From: a virus | DNA length: 64,000 bases | Reading direction: 5' to 3' (one strand) | IMG/VR virus record: IMGVR_UViG_3300036823_000301 | Span: 10,424 to 74,423 of that record | In this document: one piece after another, positions 1 to 9,416 of the stretch | Layout: every line of letters begins with the position of its first letter | Position numbering within the stretch: the first letter of the stretch is position 1 | Translations under genes and position numbers: made by a program | Notes under the pieces: generated by a model | Told to the model about the DNA's origin: nothing | Database searches by the model: none | Seen by the model: only the letters and a program-made list of their open reading frames with translations

Positions 1-92
1 GCGTGACCTTGGAGTCGGTTATCGCTTACGGCCTGATCACACGCTGATTGCGCTGTATCCCCCTGGCAAATCCTTGACCGACGCTGTCAAAC

Positions 93-278
93 ATGCCCCG
101 TGACGATGAGACAGTTGAACTGGTGCTGGACGTCCTGGGGGAGACTGATCTCGGCTGGAGCGTCAGCGATGGTGATGATACAGTTGTCTGGTTGCCCAAA
201 TCGCTGGTAGAGCGAATAGGTGATACTTCTGTATTTGTTCTTCCTGGCTGGCTCGCGAAGGACAGGGGGTTCGTGTGA
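93..278 (+). CDS. Hypothetical phage protein
   Basis: First of a chain of coupled small ORFs (GTGA overlap with the next ORF); VWLPKSLVE motif typical of small phage proteins. Confidence 0.65.
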   Translation: MPRDDETVELVLDVLGETDLGWSVSDGDDTVVWLPKSLVERIGDTSVFVLPGWLAKDRGFV

Positions 279-484
279 TATCAGAGCGGAATCATATCGG
301 TAGTAAGATATTCCGAGCGCTGGCAGAAACATCGCCGGTGATCGAGATCGGAGGTACCGACGTGTTCCAACATCTAGGTATTGGAGATGATGTTGTACTG
401 TCGATCGATGATCTTGAGAACATCACCTACAAGGTCATTGATCGAACAAAGACTCATATTGTGCTTCGTCTCGCTGGCCCGTGA
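275..484 (+). CDS. Hypothetical protein
   Basis: 4-nt overlaps at both ends. Confidence 0.55.
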   Translation: MISERNHIGSKIFRALAETSPVIEIGGTDVFQHLGIGDDVVLSIDDLENITYKVIDRTKTHIVLRLAGP

Positions 485-705
485 ATCATCGTGTCATAAG
501 ATCACGCAAACTGAAAGGTAGAGAACCGGCTAGCTGGTGTTGCCAGTTAGCGTGTGGGCATCATGTTGAAGTTGTCCAGAAAGGTTGGCCCAGAGAGCTG
601 GAATGCCCCCTGTGCCCGCCATCCGGACCAGAGTTTGATTTGCGGCAGATACCAATGTTTCCAGAGCTAGGTAGGGGTAACGATGACCATCGCGGCAAAA
701 GTTAA
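481..705 (+). CDS. Hypothetical zinc-ribbon-like protein
   Basis: LACGH...CPLC motif; coupled to the upstream ORF. Confidence 0.55.
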   Translation: MNHRVIRSRKLKGREPASWCCQLACGHHVEVVQKGWPRELECPLCPPSGPEFDLRQIPMFPELGRGNDDHRGKS

Positions 706-982
706 TTACGTAGGAAGTCAGTCTCAGTACCGTAAACACACTTGTCATTGGCCGGGTTGTGAGATCGCTGTCCCCCCTGCCATGTGGGGCTGTCGGATGC
801 ATTGGTTTTCGTTACCGACGATTCTACGGAATCAGATTTGGGCTGCTTACCGTCCGGGCCAAGAGATCACTGGTAAACCATCCCGTGAATACGTCACTGT
901 GGCAGTTAATGTTCGTGACTGGATAATCAATAATACGAAAAGGCTATCTAATGAGCGTGATTTATACACACTTGACGTATGA
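683..982 (+). CDS. Cys/His zinc-finger-like phage protein
   Basis: HTCHWPGC...WGCRMHWFSLP...IWAAYRPGQE. Confidence 0.7.
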   Translation: MTIAAKVNYVGSQSQYRKHTCHWPGCEIAVPPAMWGCRMHWFSLPTILRNQIWAAYRPGQEITGKPSREYVTVAVNVRDWIINNTKRLSNERDLYTLDV

Positions 983-1151
983 ACAGTTTAAGAATCTCGA
1001 AGATCAGATGAAAGAATTCCATGAAACGTCTCATAAGACGACTGGTGGATTTTATCATAAGTCAATACGACTGCGAGTCACAGACGACCTCATTATGGAA
1101 TTTCACGGCCCATTGGTAGGAGGTTACGGACATGACGAAGAGCCACAATAA
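951..1151 (+). CDS. Hypothetical protein
   Basis: ORF in a same-strand overlapping chain. Confidence 0.6.
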   Translation: MSVIYTHLTYEQFKNLEDQMKEFHETSHKTTGGFYHKSIRLRVTDDLIMEFHGPLVGGYGHDEEPQ

Positions 1152-1410
1152 TCAAAATGACGACGTGTTGGCCAAAGTGATTGTAAGCATCGACCATTCG
1201 GTCGAACCGATAGACGATCGCATTGGATTCGTTAGTGTCTCTATGGCCACGATGTGTCAGTGCCCGCAATGTTGTGAGCGGGATGCCGTGCTGATCGTGG
1301 CCGCCGTGATGGGGTTGGCTCATGCCGGGGGCGTGGAATTTACCCAGATACTGAATCAAGCCCAAGCTATGCTCGCCTCTGAACGACCTCCGAATATGCT
1401 GGTGCATTGA
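1132..1410 (+). CDS. Hypothetical protein
   Basis: AGGAGG RBS upstream; fills the gap before nrdA. Confidence 0.55.
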   Translation: MTKSHNNQNDDVLAKVIVSIDHSVEPIDDRIGFVSVSMATMCQCPQCCERDAVLIVAAVMGLAHAGGVEFTQILNQAQAMLASERPPNMLVH

Positions 1411-1451
1411 CGACGCGGATTTGTTCAGCTTGAGAAAAATGGGAGTCTCTT

Positions 1452-3281
1452 GTGATTGATCCAGCAGATATTGAAATCGATCTGTCACGTGACGCGATTA
1501 TCACCCCATTAGGTCATCTGACTTTACATGACCGCTATATGGTTAACGGGGAGACGTCGCCGCAGCAGGCATTTGCCCGTGTCTGTGCCGCTTTTGGTGA
1601 TGATCTCGAACATGCTCAACGACTCTATGAATACGCCAGCAAACAGTGGTTCGGGTTTGCTACCCCTGTTCTCGCCAACGGCGGGACGCGACGTGGTCTA
1701 CCGATTAGTTGCTTCTTGAATGATGTAGAAGATTCGCGCGGTGGAATACTTCAACACTATACCGAAAATGGTTGGCTGAGTTCGGTCGGTGGTGGTATCG
1801 GCGCCTATGTTGGAGGCATCCGATCGAACGGGCAGAAGACGCGCTATGGTAGCGAATCCAGTGGGCTGATTCCGTTTATCAAGCCAATGGATTCTATTAT
1901 CCTAGCCTTCGCACAAGGCTCGACCCGTCGGGGATCTTACGCAGCCTATGTGGACATCGATCACCCGGAAGTCGAAGAATTCATCGTCATGCGCAAGCCG
2001 CAAGGCGGCGATTCTAATCGTAAGACACTGAATCTCCACCACGGTTTGATGGTGTCTGACGCATTTATGGCAATCATCGACCGGTGCACGGCCGATCGTG
2101 ACGCGGACGATTCCTGGCCCCTGGTTGACCCCCACACGAATCAGGTCGTCAAGACGATTTCAGCGCGCGCTTTGTGGCGGAGTATTCTGGAAACGCGCAT
2201 CGAAACAGGGGAGCCGTATCTGATCTTTTCGGGAGCTGTCAATCGCGCCTTCCCCCCTGAACAGACCGCGTTAGGGTTGCGGTGTAAGAATAGCAATCTT
2301 TGTACCGAAATAACTTTGGCTACTGGTCAGGATATTTATGGGCGCAAGCGCACCGCGGTTTGTTGCCTTTCCAGTTTGAATTTGGCGACATATGCGCAAT
2401 GGGGTGGCAAACCCTGCGAGCAATTGGTCGAAGACATGCTCCGCATGCTGGATAATGTGCTGACGTCCTTCATAACGCTAGCTCCCCCTGAACTAGGTGA
2501 TGCTGTCTACAGTGCAAGTCGGGAACGCTCAGTTGGCCTGGGTGTCATGGGCTGGCACACCTTCTTACAAGACCAGAGCATGCCGTTCGATTCAGATCGA
2601 GCAACCTTCTGGAATGATGTCATCTTCAGACGCTTGCGTGCATATGCTGACAAAGCCAATGCGAAGCTGGCAATTGAGCGCGGCCCCTGCCCTGATTCGC
2701 TTGAGGGGGGGCAGGGGGATAAGCGGTTTATGCATGTTTTGGCGATCGCCCCAAACGCGACCAGCTCAATTATCTGCGGAGAGGTCTCCCCCGGCATAGA
2801 GCCGTCAGCTGCCAACGCATTCACATCGAAAACCCTATCAGGTAGTGGTTTTGTCAAAAATAAATTACTACAAAAGCTCTTAGCTGGCATCGACCAAGAC
2901 ACCGACGAAGTATGGTCGAATATTGTTACCCGGCGTGGATCAGTTCAGCACCTAGATTTCCTTACGTCTGAACAAAAACTAATTTTCCGGACCGCTATGG
3001 AGATTGATCAGCTAGCCATTATCAAATTGGCCGCGCAACGCACTCCATATATTTGCCAAGCAGCTTCAACAAATCTGTTTTTTGCTGGCAATGCAAACGT
3101 CAAAGACGTGCATTTCGCCCATCTAGCTGCCTGGAAATTCGGATTGAAATCGCTCTACTACTGCCGTAGCAAGAGTGTGCGATCTGCGGAAATCCTCTCC
3201 CATGCCGTCGTCCTAAAGCCGATCGAAATGTCGGATATCGAGGCGGTTATGAATTCGGATTGCGTTGCTTGTCAGGGCTGA
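1452..3281 (+). CDS. nrdA: Ribonucleoside-diphosphate reductase alpha subunit (class I, short form without ATP cone)
   Basis: ATPVLAN, PISCFL, GEPY, SNLCTEI (radical Cys), AIAPNATSS, LKSLYY and C-terminal CVACQG motifs. Confidence 0.97.
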   Translation: MIDPADIEIDLSRDAIITPLGHLTLHDRYMVNGETSPQQAFARVCAAFGDDLEHAQRLYEYASKQWFGFATPVLANGGTRRGLPISCFLNDVEDSRGGILQHYTENGWLSSVGGGIGAYVGGIRSNGQKTRYGSESSGLIPFIKPMDSIILAFAQGSTRRGSYAAYVDIDHPEVEEFIVMRKPQGGDSNRKTLNLHHGLMVSDAFMAIIDRCTADRDADDSWPLVDPHTNQVVKTISARALWRSILETRIETGEPYLIFSGAVNRAFPPEQTALGLRCKNSNLCTEITLATGQDIYGRKRTAVCCLSSLNLATYAQWGGKPCEQLVEDMLRMLDNVLTSFITLAPPELGDAVYSASRERSVGLGVMGWHTFLQDQSMPFDSDRATFWNDVIFRRLRAYADKANAKLAIERGPCPDSLEGGQGDKRFMHVLAIAPNATSSIICGEVSPGIEPSAANAFTSKTLSGSGFVKNKLLQKLLAGIDQDTDEVWSNIVTRRGSVQHLDFLTSEQKLIFRTAMEIDQLAIIKLAAQRTPYICQAASTNLFFAGNANVKDVHFAHLAAWKFGLKSLYYCRSKSVRSAEILSHAVVLKPIEMSDIEAVMNSDCVACQG

Positions 3282-3291
3282 GGAGTCGCAA

Positions 3292-4257
3292 ATGAGTTTG
3301 CTAGATAGCCGCGAATATTATAAACCATTCCACTATGGCTGGGCGTTTGATGGGTATCAGCTTCAGAAGAAAATTGAATGGTTGCCTGAAGAGGTGCCGC
3401 TACTGAACGACGTGAAGGATTGGAATCTGCGGCTGTCACCCCCTGAACGTAATCTTCTGACGCAAATCTTCCGGTTTTTCACGCAGACAGACGCCGACAT
3501 TGCAAGCGGATACTATGAGCGGTTCCTGCCGAAATTTGGGCATCCCGAGATACGTATGATGATGGGTGCGTTTGCCTCGATGGAAGCGACTCATATGCAC
3601 GCCTATTCGATGTTGCTCGACACCGTTGGTATGCCTGAGTCAGAATATCGTGCATTTCACTCTTATAAAGAAATGCGTGCTAAGCATGAATTCATGTTCC
3701 GGAACCGACAAAACCCTGATCCAATTCGGAATCTAGCGATTGATCTGGCAGTCTTTTCTGCTTTCGGTGAAGGCATGCAGCTATTTTCGTCGTTTGCGAT
3801 TCTTCAGAATTTTGCCCGTTACGGCAAAATGCAGGGCATGAATTCGATCATCACCTATTCGATTCGCGATGAGAGTTTACACGTCGAATATATGATTAAG
3901 CTATTCAGAGCGTTGCTTGACGAAAATCCGCATCTCTCAGGACAGAACCTCTATCCCGAGATAGCGCACATCGCCCAGGAGATGGTCGAGCTAGAGGATC
4001 ACTTTATTGACCTTGCGTTTGAGCAGGGGGGAATCGAAGGTTTATCGCCGGAGGACGTAAAGCTCCATATCCGCCATATCGCGGACCGCCGGATGGAACA
4101 GCTTGGCTACCATCCGATCTATGGACAACGTGTCACCCCCCTGTCCTGGATCGATCACATCGTCAACGGTGCAGAACACGTCAACTTTTTCGAACAACGC
4201 TCGACAGATTATGCCAAATCGAGCTTGAGTGGTGACTGGGGAGATATCGGCTTCTAA
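3292..4257 (+). CDS. nrdB: Ribonucleoside-diphosphate reductase beta subunit
   Basis: YKPFHYGWA, FFTQTD, EATHMHAYS, EGMQLFSSF, RDESLH and NFFE motifs. Start moved to ATG 3292, after AGGAG. Confidence 0.96.
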   Translation: MSLLDSREYYKPFHYGWAFDGYQLQKKIEWLPEEVPLLNDVKDWNLRLSPPERNLLTQIFRFFTQTDADIASGYYERFLPKFGHPEIRMMMGAFASMEATHMHAYSMLLDTVGMPESEYRAFHSYKEMRAKHEFMFRNRQNPDPIRNLAIDLAVFSAFGEGMQLFSSFAILQNFARYGKMQGMNSIITYSIRDESLHVEYMIKLFRALLDENPHLSGQNLYPEIAHIAQEMVELEDHFIDLAFEQGGIEGLSPEDVKLHIRHIADRRMEQLGYHPIYGQRVTPLSWIDHIVNGAEHVNFFEQRSTDYAKSSLSGDWGDIGF

Positions 4258-4274
4258 TAGATGGAGAGTATCAG

Positions 4275-5129
4275 ATGACAACAACTGTAAGAGTTATAGC
4301 AGACAGCTATTACGATCACGGTGTTCGCCTCACAACATTACAATTGAAATACCCGCGCTTCATTCATCCGGAATTTTTGACTCATCGTGTGTTTTCAAGA
4401 AACGCGAGCTCTTCGCGGGCAACCCCTGTTGAGCGTATCATCGAATCGCTTGAGCGCGATCCAGTACGTCCATGTGAATGGGGTAAAAACAGACCTGGTA
4501 TGCAGGCACATGAAATTTTCGACCCTCTCGAAGTTTTTGAATTGGAGAGTTTATGGATAGACGCCATGGCCGAGATGGTTCGTGTGGCCAAGAATATGGT
4601 AGCTCGTGGTGTACACAAATCCATCGTGAATCGACTATTGGAGCCATGGTCCCATATCAATGTGATTGTGACATCGACAGAGTGGTCAAACTTTGAAGAA
4701 TTGCGTTGCCATCCAGACGCCGCACCGGAAATGCAAGAATTGGCTCAAGCCATTCGTGATGAGATGGTGTTAAGTGGCCCACAAATTCTACATGCTGGTG
4801 AATGGCATATTCCATATGTCAACTTGATTGAACGCAGTCAGCTGAATCTACAGGCACAGTTGAAAATAAGTGTGGCTCGCTGCGCACGTGTGTCGTTTTT
4901 GACACACGAAGGCAAAGTACCTCAAACTGCTAAGGATTTGGAGCTTTACGATCGTTTGGTTGGTGCGAAGCCGCTGCATGCCAGCCCATCCGAACATCAA
5001 GCTACCCCTGATCCGACGAATGCTCACTGTTCCGAGCATGGTAATTTTCGTGGCTGGCGGCAATTCCGCAAAATTCTGGAGAAAGATTCGACACTTTTAG
5101 CTTTACAGCAGACCGCCATAGCAGTATGA
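4275..5129 (+). CDS. thyX: FAD-dependent thymidylate synthase
   Basis: THRVFSRNASSSR ThyX motif; NRLLEPW; SVARCARVS; HASPSEHQA. Confidence 0.93.
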   Translation: MTTTVRVIADSYYDHGVRLTTLQLKYPRFIHPEFLTHRVFSRNASSSRATPVERIIESLERDPVRPCEWGKNRPGMQAHEIFDPLEVFELESLWIDAMAEMVRVAKNMVARGVHKSIVNRLLEPWSHINVIVTSTEWSNFEELRCHPDAAPEMQELAQAIRDEMVLSGPQILHAGEWHIPYVNLIERSQLNLQAQLKISVARCARVSFLTHEGKVPQTAKDLELYDRLVGAKPLHASPSEHQATPDPTNAHCSEHGNFRGWRQFRKILEKDSTLLALQQTAIAV

Positions 5130-5130
5130 A
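5102..5130 (+). promoter_or_regulatory. Putative sigma70-like promoter for the Y RNA array (TTTACA-N17-TATGAA)
   Basis: The -10 box ends ~5 nt before the 5' stem of the first RNA. A similar TTTACA-N17/18-TAnnAA occurs at 8242 and 16285. Confidence 0.5.
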
Positions 5131-5134
5131 GTCT

Positions 5135-5268
5135 GTGTCGAGTCGGATGAGGTTGATTATCCTTTTGGCGGACGAGGTCGAAGGTTCGAGTCCTTCTCCT
5201 AGGGTAAATCCTAGGGTAGCTCAGCTGGTAGAGCGCGCGTATATCAACTTTGAATTTTTACTCGACAC
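5135..5268 (+). ncRNA. yrlA: YrlA-type Y RNA with circularly permuted tRNA-like domain
   Basis: Closing stem GTGTCGAGT/ACTCGACAC. Inside, in order: T arm GAAGG-TTCGAGT-CCTTC (5180-5196), loop-closed acceptor-like stem (5197-5216), D arm TA-GCTC-AGCTGGTA-GAGC (5217-5234). Lies directly upstream of a Ro60 gene. Confidence 0.92.
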
Positions 5269-5283
5269 TGAAGTTTGTTTGTT

Positions 5284-5350
5284 GGTGACAGTCGGATGAG
5301 TTCGTTTATCGCTAGGATGATCGCGAATTCATAAAATACTTACTGTCGCT
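5284..5350 (+). ncRNA. Minimal Y-RNA-like RNA 2 (no tRNA domain)
   Basis: Outer stem GGTGACAGT/ACTGTCGCT; same AGTCGGATGAG, TTATC and TTACT motifs as RNA 1; inner stem ATGAGTTCGT/GCGAATTCAT. Confidence 0.8.
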
Positions 5351-5357
5351 CTAAATC

Positions 5358-5434
5358 GTGATGCTAGTCGGGTAGTGTCGTTTATCAGTTATCAACTGAT
5401 CCAACGTGTGACATTAAAGACTTACTAGCATCAC
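5358..5434 (+). ncRNA. Y-RNA-like RNA 3 (apical hairpin)
   Basis: Perfect 11-bp outer stem GTGATGCTAGT/ACTAGCATCAC; AGTCGG, TTATC and CTTACT motifs; inner stem TAGTGTCGT/GTGACATTA; apical hairpin ATCAGTT-ATC-AACTGAT. Confidence 0.8.
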
Positions 5435-5439
5435 TTTAC

Positions 5440-5478
5440 AACGGCCCGGACAACTAGCCCCTCTGTCCGGGCCGTTTT
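5440..5478 (+). terminator. Intrinsic terminator/attenuator between the Y RNA array and Ro60
   Basis: 13-bp perfect inverted repeat AACGGCCCGGACA/TGTCCGGGCCGTT ending in TTTT. Confidence 0.7.
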
Positions 5479-5500
5479 GATTCTATCGAAGGAATAGAAG

Positions 5501-7138
5501 ATGACCAACGTGTATGTGAAGAACCGTAAGTCCGTTCTGACACCGCAGAACCAGCCGATTCCAGGCCGTGAAGCTGAAATGGTGCCGAATAATGCCGGCG
5601 GCTACAGCTTTGAGCTGGATGATTGGGAACGTTTGAATCGCTTTTTGATTCTGGGTAGTGAAAAAGGTACTTATTATGTAGGCCAAGAAAAACTTAAAGA
5701 GCAAAATGCGACCTGTGTGATTCGCTGCATCAAAGCGGATGGTGTGCGCGTTGCTGATGCCGCTGCGATGATCAATATCTCTAATCGCACGCCGAAGGTT
5801 GACCAGCAGCTGTTTGTTCTGGCTTTGTGCTTAAAGCATGGGGACATCGCTACCCGACGTCGTGTAGCGGAGCTGGTGCCATCAGTTGTCAGAATTGGTA
5901 TGCATTTGCTGCATTTCGCGGCGATGGTGGATTCGCTTGGTGGCTGGGGAAACCTCAAAAAGCGGATCTTTGCTGACTGGTTTCTAAACAAGTCGCCGGA
6001 TGATGTGGCATTTCAGATCCTGAAGTACCGGAATCGGGATGGGTGGACCATGCGCGATATCCTGCGTCTGGCGCATCCTAAACCAGAATTTTCCGGCCAT
6101 ATGGCGTTGTTTGCATGGGTCACCGGTAAGCTGACAAATCTTGACCATCTACCCCGAATCATCGCTGATTATCTTGATGTGACGACAGGCACCTTCGAGA
6201 CCCCTGTTCAGCAAGCGCTGGCTGGCATTGCCAGGGGGCTACCACGTGAGTGCCTACCAACGGAGGCACTAGCGGATAAGGCCGTCTGGAGCCGGTTGCT
6301 AAGGCTCACGCCGCCACATGCCTTAATCCGGAATCTCGCAACGATCACGGCCAATGGCACCATTGTCGCCGGGAATGCTGACGCGTGCTATGTGGTCGAA
6401 CGTTTGGAAGATGCCGGGTCTTTGGCGCGGGCACGGGTGCACCCATTCGCGCTCCTATTGGCGGCGCTCATCTATAGGCAAGGACACGGATTCAAAGGCA
6501 CGTTGAGCTGGCTCCCCCTGCCATCTGTTGTGGGTGCATTAGACAATGCTTACGACGCTGCCTTCGCCACGATCCTGCCGACGAACAAGCGGATCTTGAT
6601 CGGAGTGGATACATCAAGATCGATGAGCGGTTCTTGCACAGGGACTCCGATCGACTGTGCCACGGCAGCGGCTGCGATGGCGATCACGTTGGCCAGAAAC
6701 GAACCTGCGGCAACTGTCGTGCGGTTTGATACCTGTGTCAGATCTATCCTACCGGTGACTCTTCGTACCGGAATCAGCGATTTAAGATCGACGTCAGGGG
6801 GAGGCACCGACATATCCGCTCCAATCCGTTGGGCCTCTGGCGACAAGAGTGTATCAACGTCACGTTGGGGCCAGCGTGACGAGGGCTTAATGAGCGAAGT
6901 GAGGATATTCGACGCTTTCATCATATTGACTGATAATGAGACATGGGCTGGATCTGGTCATCCTTCACAGGCCCTGGTGGAATACCGTAAGAAAGTCAAT
7001 CCACAAGCCAAGCTAATTTGCTGTTCGATGGCCGCGAACCATGCCAACATTGTTGACCCGGAAGATGGTGGATCGTTCGGCACCGCCGGGCTTGATGCCC
7101 ATTTACCAAATTTGGTCAGAGACTTTTTGAGCTCTTGA
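5501..7138 (+). CDS. rsr: Ro60/Rsr (TROVE + vWA) ribonucleoprotein
   Basis: NNAGGYSF, RLNRFLILGSEKGTYY, KYRNRDGWTMRDILRLAHPKP, ALIRNL, RARVHP, MIDAS DTSRSM, GGTD and TDNETW motifs. Confidence 0.96.
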   Translation: MTNVYVKNRKSVLTPQNQPIPGREAEMVPNNAGGYSFELDDWERLNRFLILGSEKGTYYVGQEKLKEQNATCVIRCIKADGVRVADAAAMINISNRTPKVDQQLFVLALCLKHGDIATRRRVAELVPSVVRIGMHLLHFAAMVDSLGGWGNLKKRIFADWFLNKSPDDVAFQILKYRNRDGWTMRDILRLAHPKPEFSGHMALFAWVTGKLTNLDHLPRIIADYLDVTTGTFETPVQQALAGIARGLPRECLPTEALADKAVWSRLLRLTPPHALIRNLATITANGTIVAGNADACYVVERLEDAGSLARARVHPFALLLAALIYRQGHGFKGTLSWLPLPSVVGALDNAYDAAFATILPTNKRILIGVDTSRSMSGSCTGTPIDCATAAAAMAITLARNEPAATVVRFDTCVRSILPVTLRTGISDLRSTSGGGTDISAPIRWASGDKSVSTSRWGQRDEGLMSEVRIFDAFIILTDNETWAGSGHPSQALVEYRKKVNPQAKLICCSMAANHANIVDPEDGGSFGTAGLDAHLPNLVRDFLSS

Positions 7139-7368
7139 TGATAACTAACCCAGTGAAAACCTTAAAGGTTTTCGAAATTGAATGGCGATCACGGGCTTAT
7201 CTTATGGCTATCAATGCGAGAGATTTGAGCAAACAGGCATTGCAAAATGCTAAAAACGTCGCTAGCCTTGAACTTGCCGGTGCGTTGCGCCAGCGCGTTA
7301 TCGATGACCTGGATGATTTGTTGAAAATTAACAAATCAAAATCGAAGAGAGGACGGGATGATGGTTGA
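7135..7368 (+). CDS. Hypothetical protein
   Basis: Overlap-coupled to rsr and to the next ORF. Confidence 0.55.
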   Translation: MMITNPVKTLKVFEIEWRSRAYLMAINARDLSKQALQNAKNVASLELAGALRQRVIDDLDDLLKINKSKSKRGRDDG

Positions 7369-7987
7369 TGGCATTGAAGCGTTGGCTGTAGCTGATAATT
7401 TTGTAACCAAGCGGAGTAGGGTTAAAAACCCTAAGAACATTGTTGCAACACAACACCTTTTCCCAAAAGATTTAATATTTAAGATAATGATGAAACGAAA
7501 TGGTGTGATGTATGGCTGGAAAACAGCTTATGTGGCCGCATCTCAAGTAGATGGTTTTCAGAAGGTCACCTTAGCGGAGATAAGGCTCTGGTTATACACC
7601 AAAAAGATTCCGCGGTGGGCTATAGATCAAGTTGATCAAATGACTTTTCAAAAAATTGACAGAATAGCTCCACAAGCTTGGACAGTCCTGGAGCAGCACT
7701 TCTTGGAAACTATCTATCGGGAAGATCCAGGTCGCCCCGATAAGTTGCTTTCGGAGATGTGCACACGTAAATTCAGGAGGACCATCACTACGAATGCAAT
7801 CAAGGGTGCATTGTACCGTTTGCGGGAAGCGTATATTCTACCACGTGATGAGAAAAGGATAAGGCACAGTGGGCAATTCAGTGATGATACCGAGCTTGAG
7901 CTTGACCGAGATCGACAGCATTCTCAGTTCTCCAGGCGGGGGGGACAATCTGAAAGTCTTGGGCTCGATGCGGATCAACGTGCATGA
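7358..7987 (+). CDS. Putative DNA-binding protein, weak GcrA-like HTH in C-terminal half
   Basis: WTVLEQHFLETIY...ITTNAIKGALYRL resembles GcrA WT..R...L..LW...VTRNAVIGKVHRL; by-eye similarity only. Confidence 0.45.
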   Translation: MMVDGIEALAVADNFVTKRSRVKNPKNIVATQHLFPKDLIFKIMMKRNGVMYGWKTAYVAASQVDGFQKVTLAEIRLWLYTKKIPRWAIDQVDQMTFQKIDRIAPQAWTVLEQHFLETIYREDPGRPDKLLSEMCTRKFRRTITTNAIKGALYRLREAYILPRDEKRIRHSGQFSDDTELELDRDRQHSQFSRRGGQSESLGLDADQRA

Positions 7988-8240
7988 CGAGACAAACTTA
8001 CCGAATTCGTTAATGGAATATGATCCACTTTCGAGCGGTATATTGCAAGTGACAAAGTCTGCCACCGATGTTGCCGCGTTGGAGAGTGAAATAGCACGTT
8101 TGACCAGCCTCGTTGTCAAGCTCGAAGCTGATAAGGTGCAAACCACACCATTAGCCACGGCGCCTCAGGGAAAAGCGCCGATCCCCCTGTCCGCCCTCCG
8201 CAACCAACACCAGAAAATTGGCCTGTTCGTCCTAGATTAA
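7869..8240 (+). CDS. Hypothetical protein (start uncertain)
   Basis: 123-aa ORF with a coiled-coil-like segment; overlaps the previous ORF by 119 nt. Confidence 0.45.
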   Translation: MGNSVMIPSLSLTEIDSILSSPGGGDNLKVLGSMRINVHDETNLPNSLMEYDPLSSGILQVTKSATDVAALESEIARLTSLVVKLEADKVQTTPLATAPQGKAPIPLSALRNQHQKIGLFVLD

Positions 8241-8250
8241 CTTTACAGAT

Positions 8251-8294
8251 GGACCGGTGCTGATGTAGTAATACCCATGCATCAGCACTGGTCC
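8251..8294. promoter_or_regulatory. 17-bp hairpin / inverted repeat immediately before the helicase start, overlapping a TTTACA-N18-TAGTAA promoter-like sequence
   Basis: GGACCGGTGCTGATGTA (8251-8267) pairs with TGCATCAGCACTGGTCC (8278-8294), with two G-U pairs. Confidence 0.6.
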
Positions 8295-8299
8295 CTATA

Positions 8300-9376
8300 A
8301 TGGTCGAATTCAGTCAAGATCAACTCACTGTCTACGACGGTGTCAAAAACTTCCTGGATAGCTCTACCCCAGGTCATGTTGTATATGAAGGACTTGCTGG
8401 AACAGGTAAGTCAACATTAATGGCGAGATTGGCTGGAGAATATGATCAAGCTGTATTGTGCTCTTATACAGCTAAAGCAGCATCGGGCTTACGTGCGAAG
8501 ACTGGTCTTGAGGTTTTCACAATTCATCAGATCATTTATGACTTTAAAGGGCTCATTGATTCTGATGAAAATCCAAATAAGAAACGGCCAGTATTTTCGA
8601 CCAAACATATGACAGGGGCGCTGGAAAATGCCCTGCTATTTATCGATGAAGTGTCAATGGTTGGCTCTAAAATTGGTCGCGATCTGGCAGACACTGGCGC
8701 GCGCATTGTGGCCTGCGGAGATCCAGGTCAGCTTCCGCCAGTTATGGATAATCAATATTTTACACAATCCGATTACACGCTGCATGAGGTACATAGGCAG
8801 GCTTGGGATTCACCAATCATCAGGCAGGCTCACAGCATTCGAAATTTTGGCACATACGAATCCGATGGCGATGTCATCGTAACCGCAGACATGAATGATG
8901 ATTTGCTCGGTCAACATGACATTGCACTTTGCTGGAAAAACAAGACCAGAAACTGGCTCAATAAACGAACCCGTGGGCTCTATGGACGTCCTGCTGGCTA
9001 CATGCTCGCTGGAGAGCCTGTGATGTGTTTGAAAAACGATCACTGGCGTAAAATCTACAACGGAGCCATGTATAATATCACGCAGGATTACCATCCTGGC
9101 GATGATTTACACATTCGAGATGAGTTGAACCGCTACATTGTAGTAGCTTGTCCGACAATCGAAGGTATCGATCCAGATTATGAGAATTTTCGATACTTAG
9201 ACGACGCCCGTCCCTTCGCACCCGGTTACGCCTGCACGGTGCATAAGGCGCAGGGAAGCGAATGGGGTCGCGTGCTGCTTATTGACGAATATCGGCAAAC
9301 TGATGGCCGTAACGCTTATCTTTATACGGGCCTAACACGCGCTATAAGCGCTGCAACTGTGATAAAGCGGTGGTGA
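8300..9376 (+). CDS. RecD/Dda-like superfamily 1B helicase
   Basis: GLAGTGKS, YTAKAA, TIH, IDEVSMV, GDPGQLPPV, HRQ, YACTVHKAQGSEW and YTGLTRA motifs. Confidence 0.93.
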   Translation: MVEFSQDQLTVYDGVKNFLDSSTPGHVVYEGLAGTGKSTLMARLAGEYDQAVLCSYTAKAASGLRAKTGLEVFTIHQIIYDFKGLIDSDENPNKKRPVFSTKHMTGALENALLFIDEVSMVGSKIGRDLADTGARIVACGDPGQLPPVMDNQYFTQSDYTLHEVHRQAWDSPIIRQAHSIRNFGTYESDGDVIVTADMNDDLLGQHDIALCWKNKTRNWLNKRTRGLYGRPAGYMLAGEPVMCLKNDHWRKIYNGAMYNITQDYHPGDDLHIRDELNRYIVVACPTIEGIDPDYENFRYLDDARPFAPGYACTVHKAQGSEWGRVLLIDEYRQTDGRNAYLYTGLTRAISAATVIKRW

Positions 9377-9416
9377 TGACGGAAATGTCCGACGCGGTGT
9401 TTGTGTGTTCTGAACG

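Noticed and set aside
5174-5240. Canonical tRNA gene
   Set aside because: The T arm precedes the D arm, the acceptor stem is closed by a loop, and there is no anticodon loop or CCA; this fits YrlA instead.
5135-5434. CRISPR-like array (repeated AGTCGG...TTACT)
   Set aside because: Units share structure rather than identical repeats, lengths differ, and there are no cas genes.
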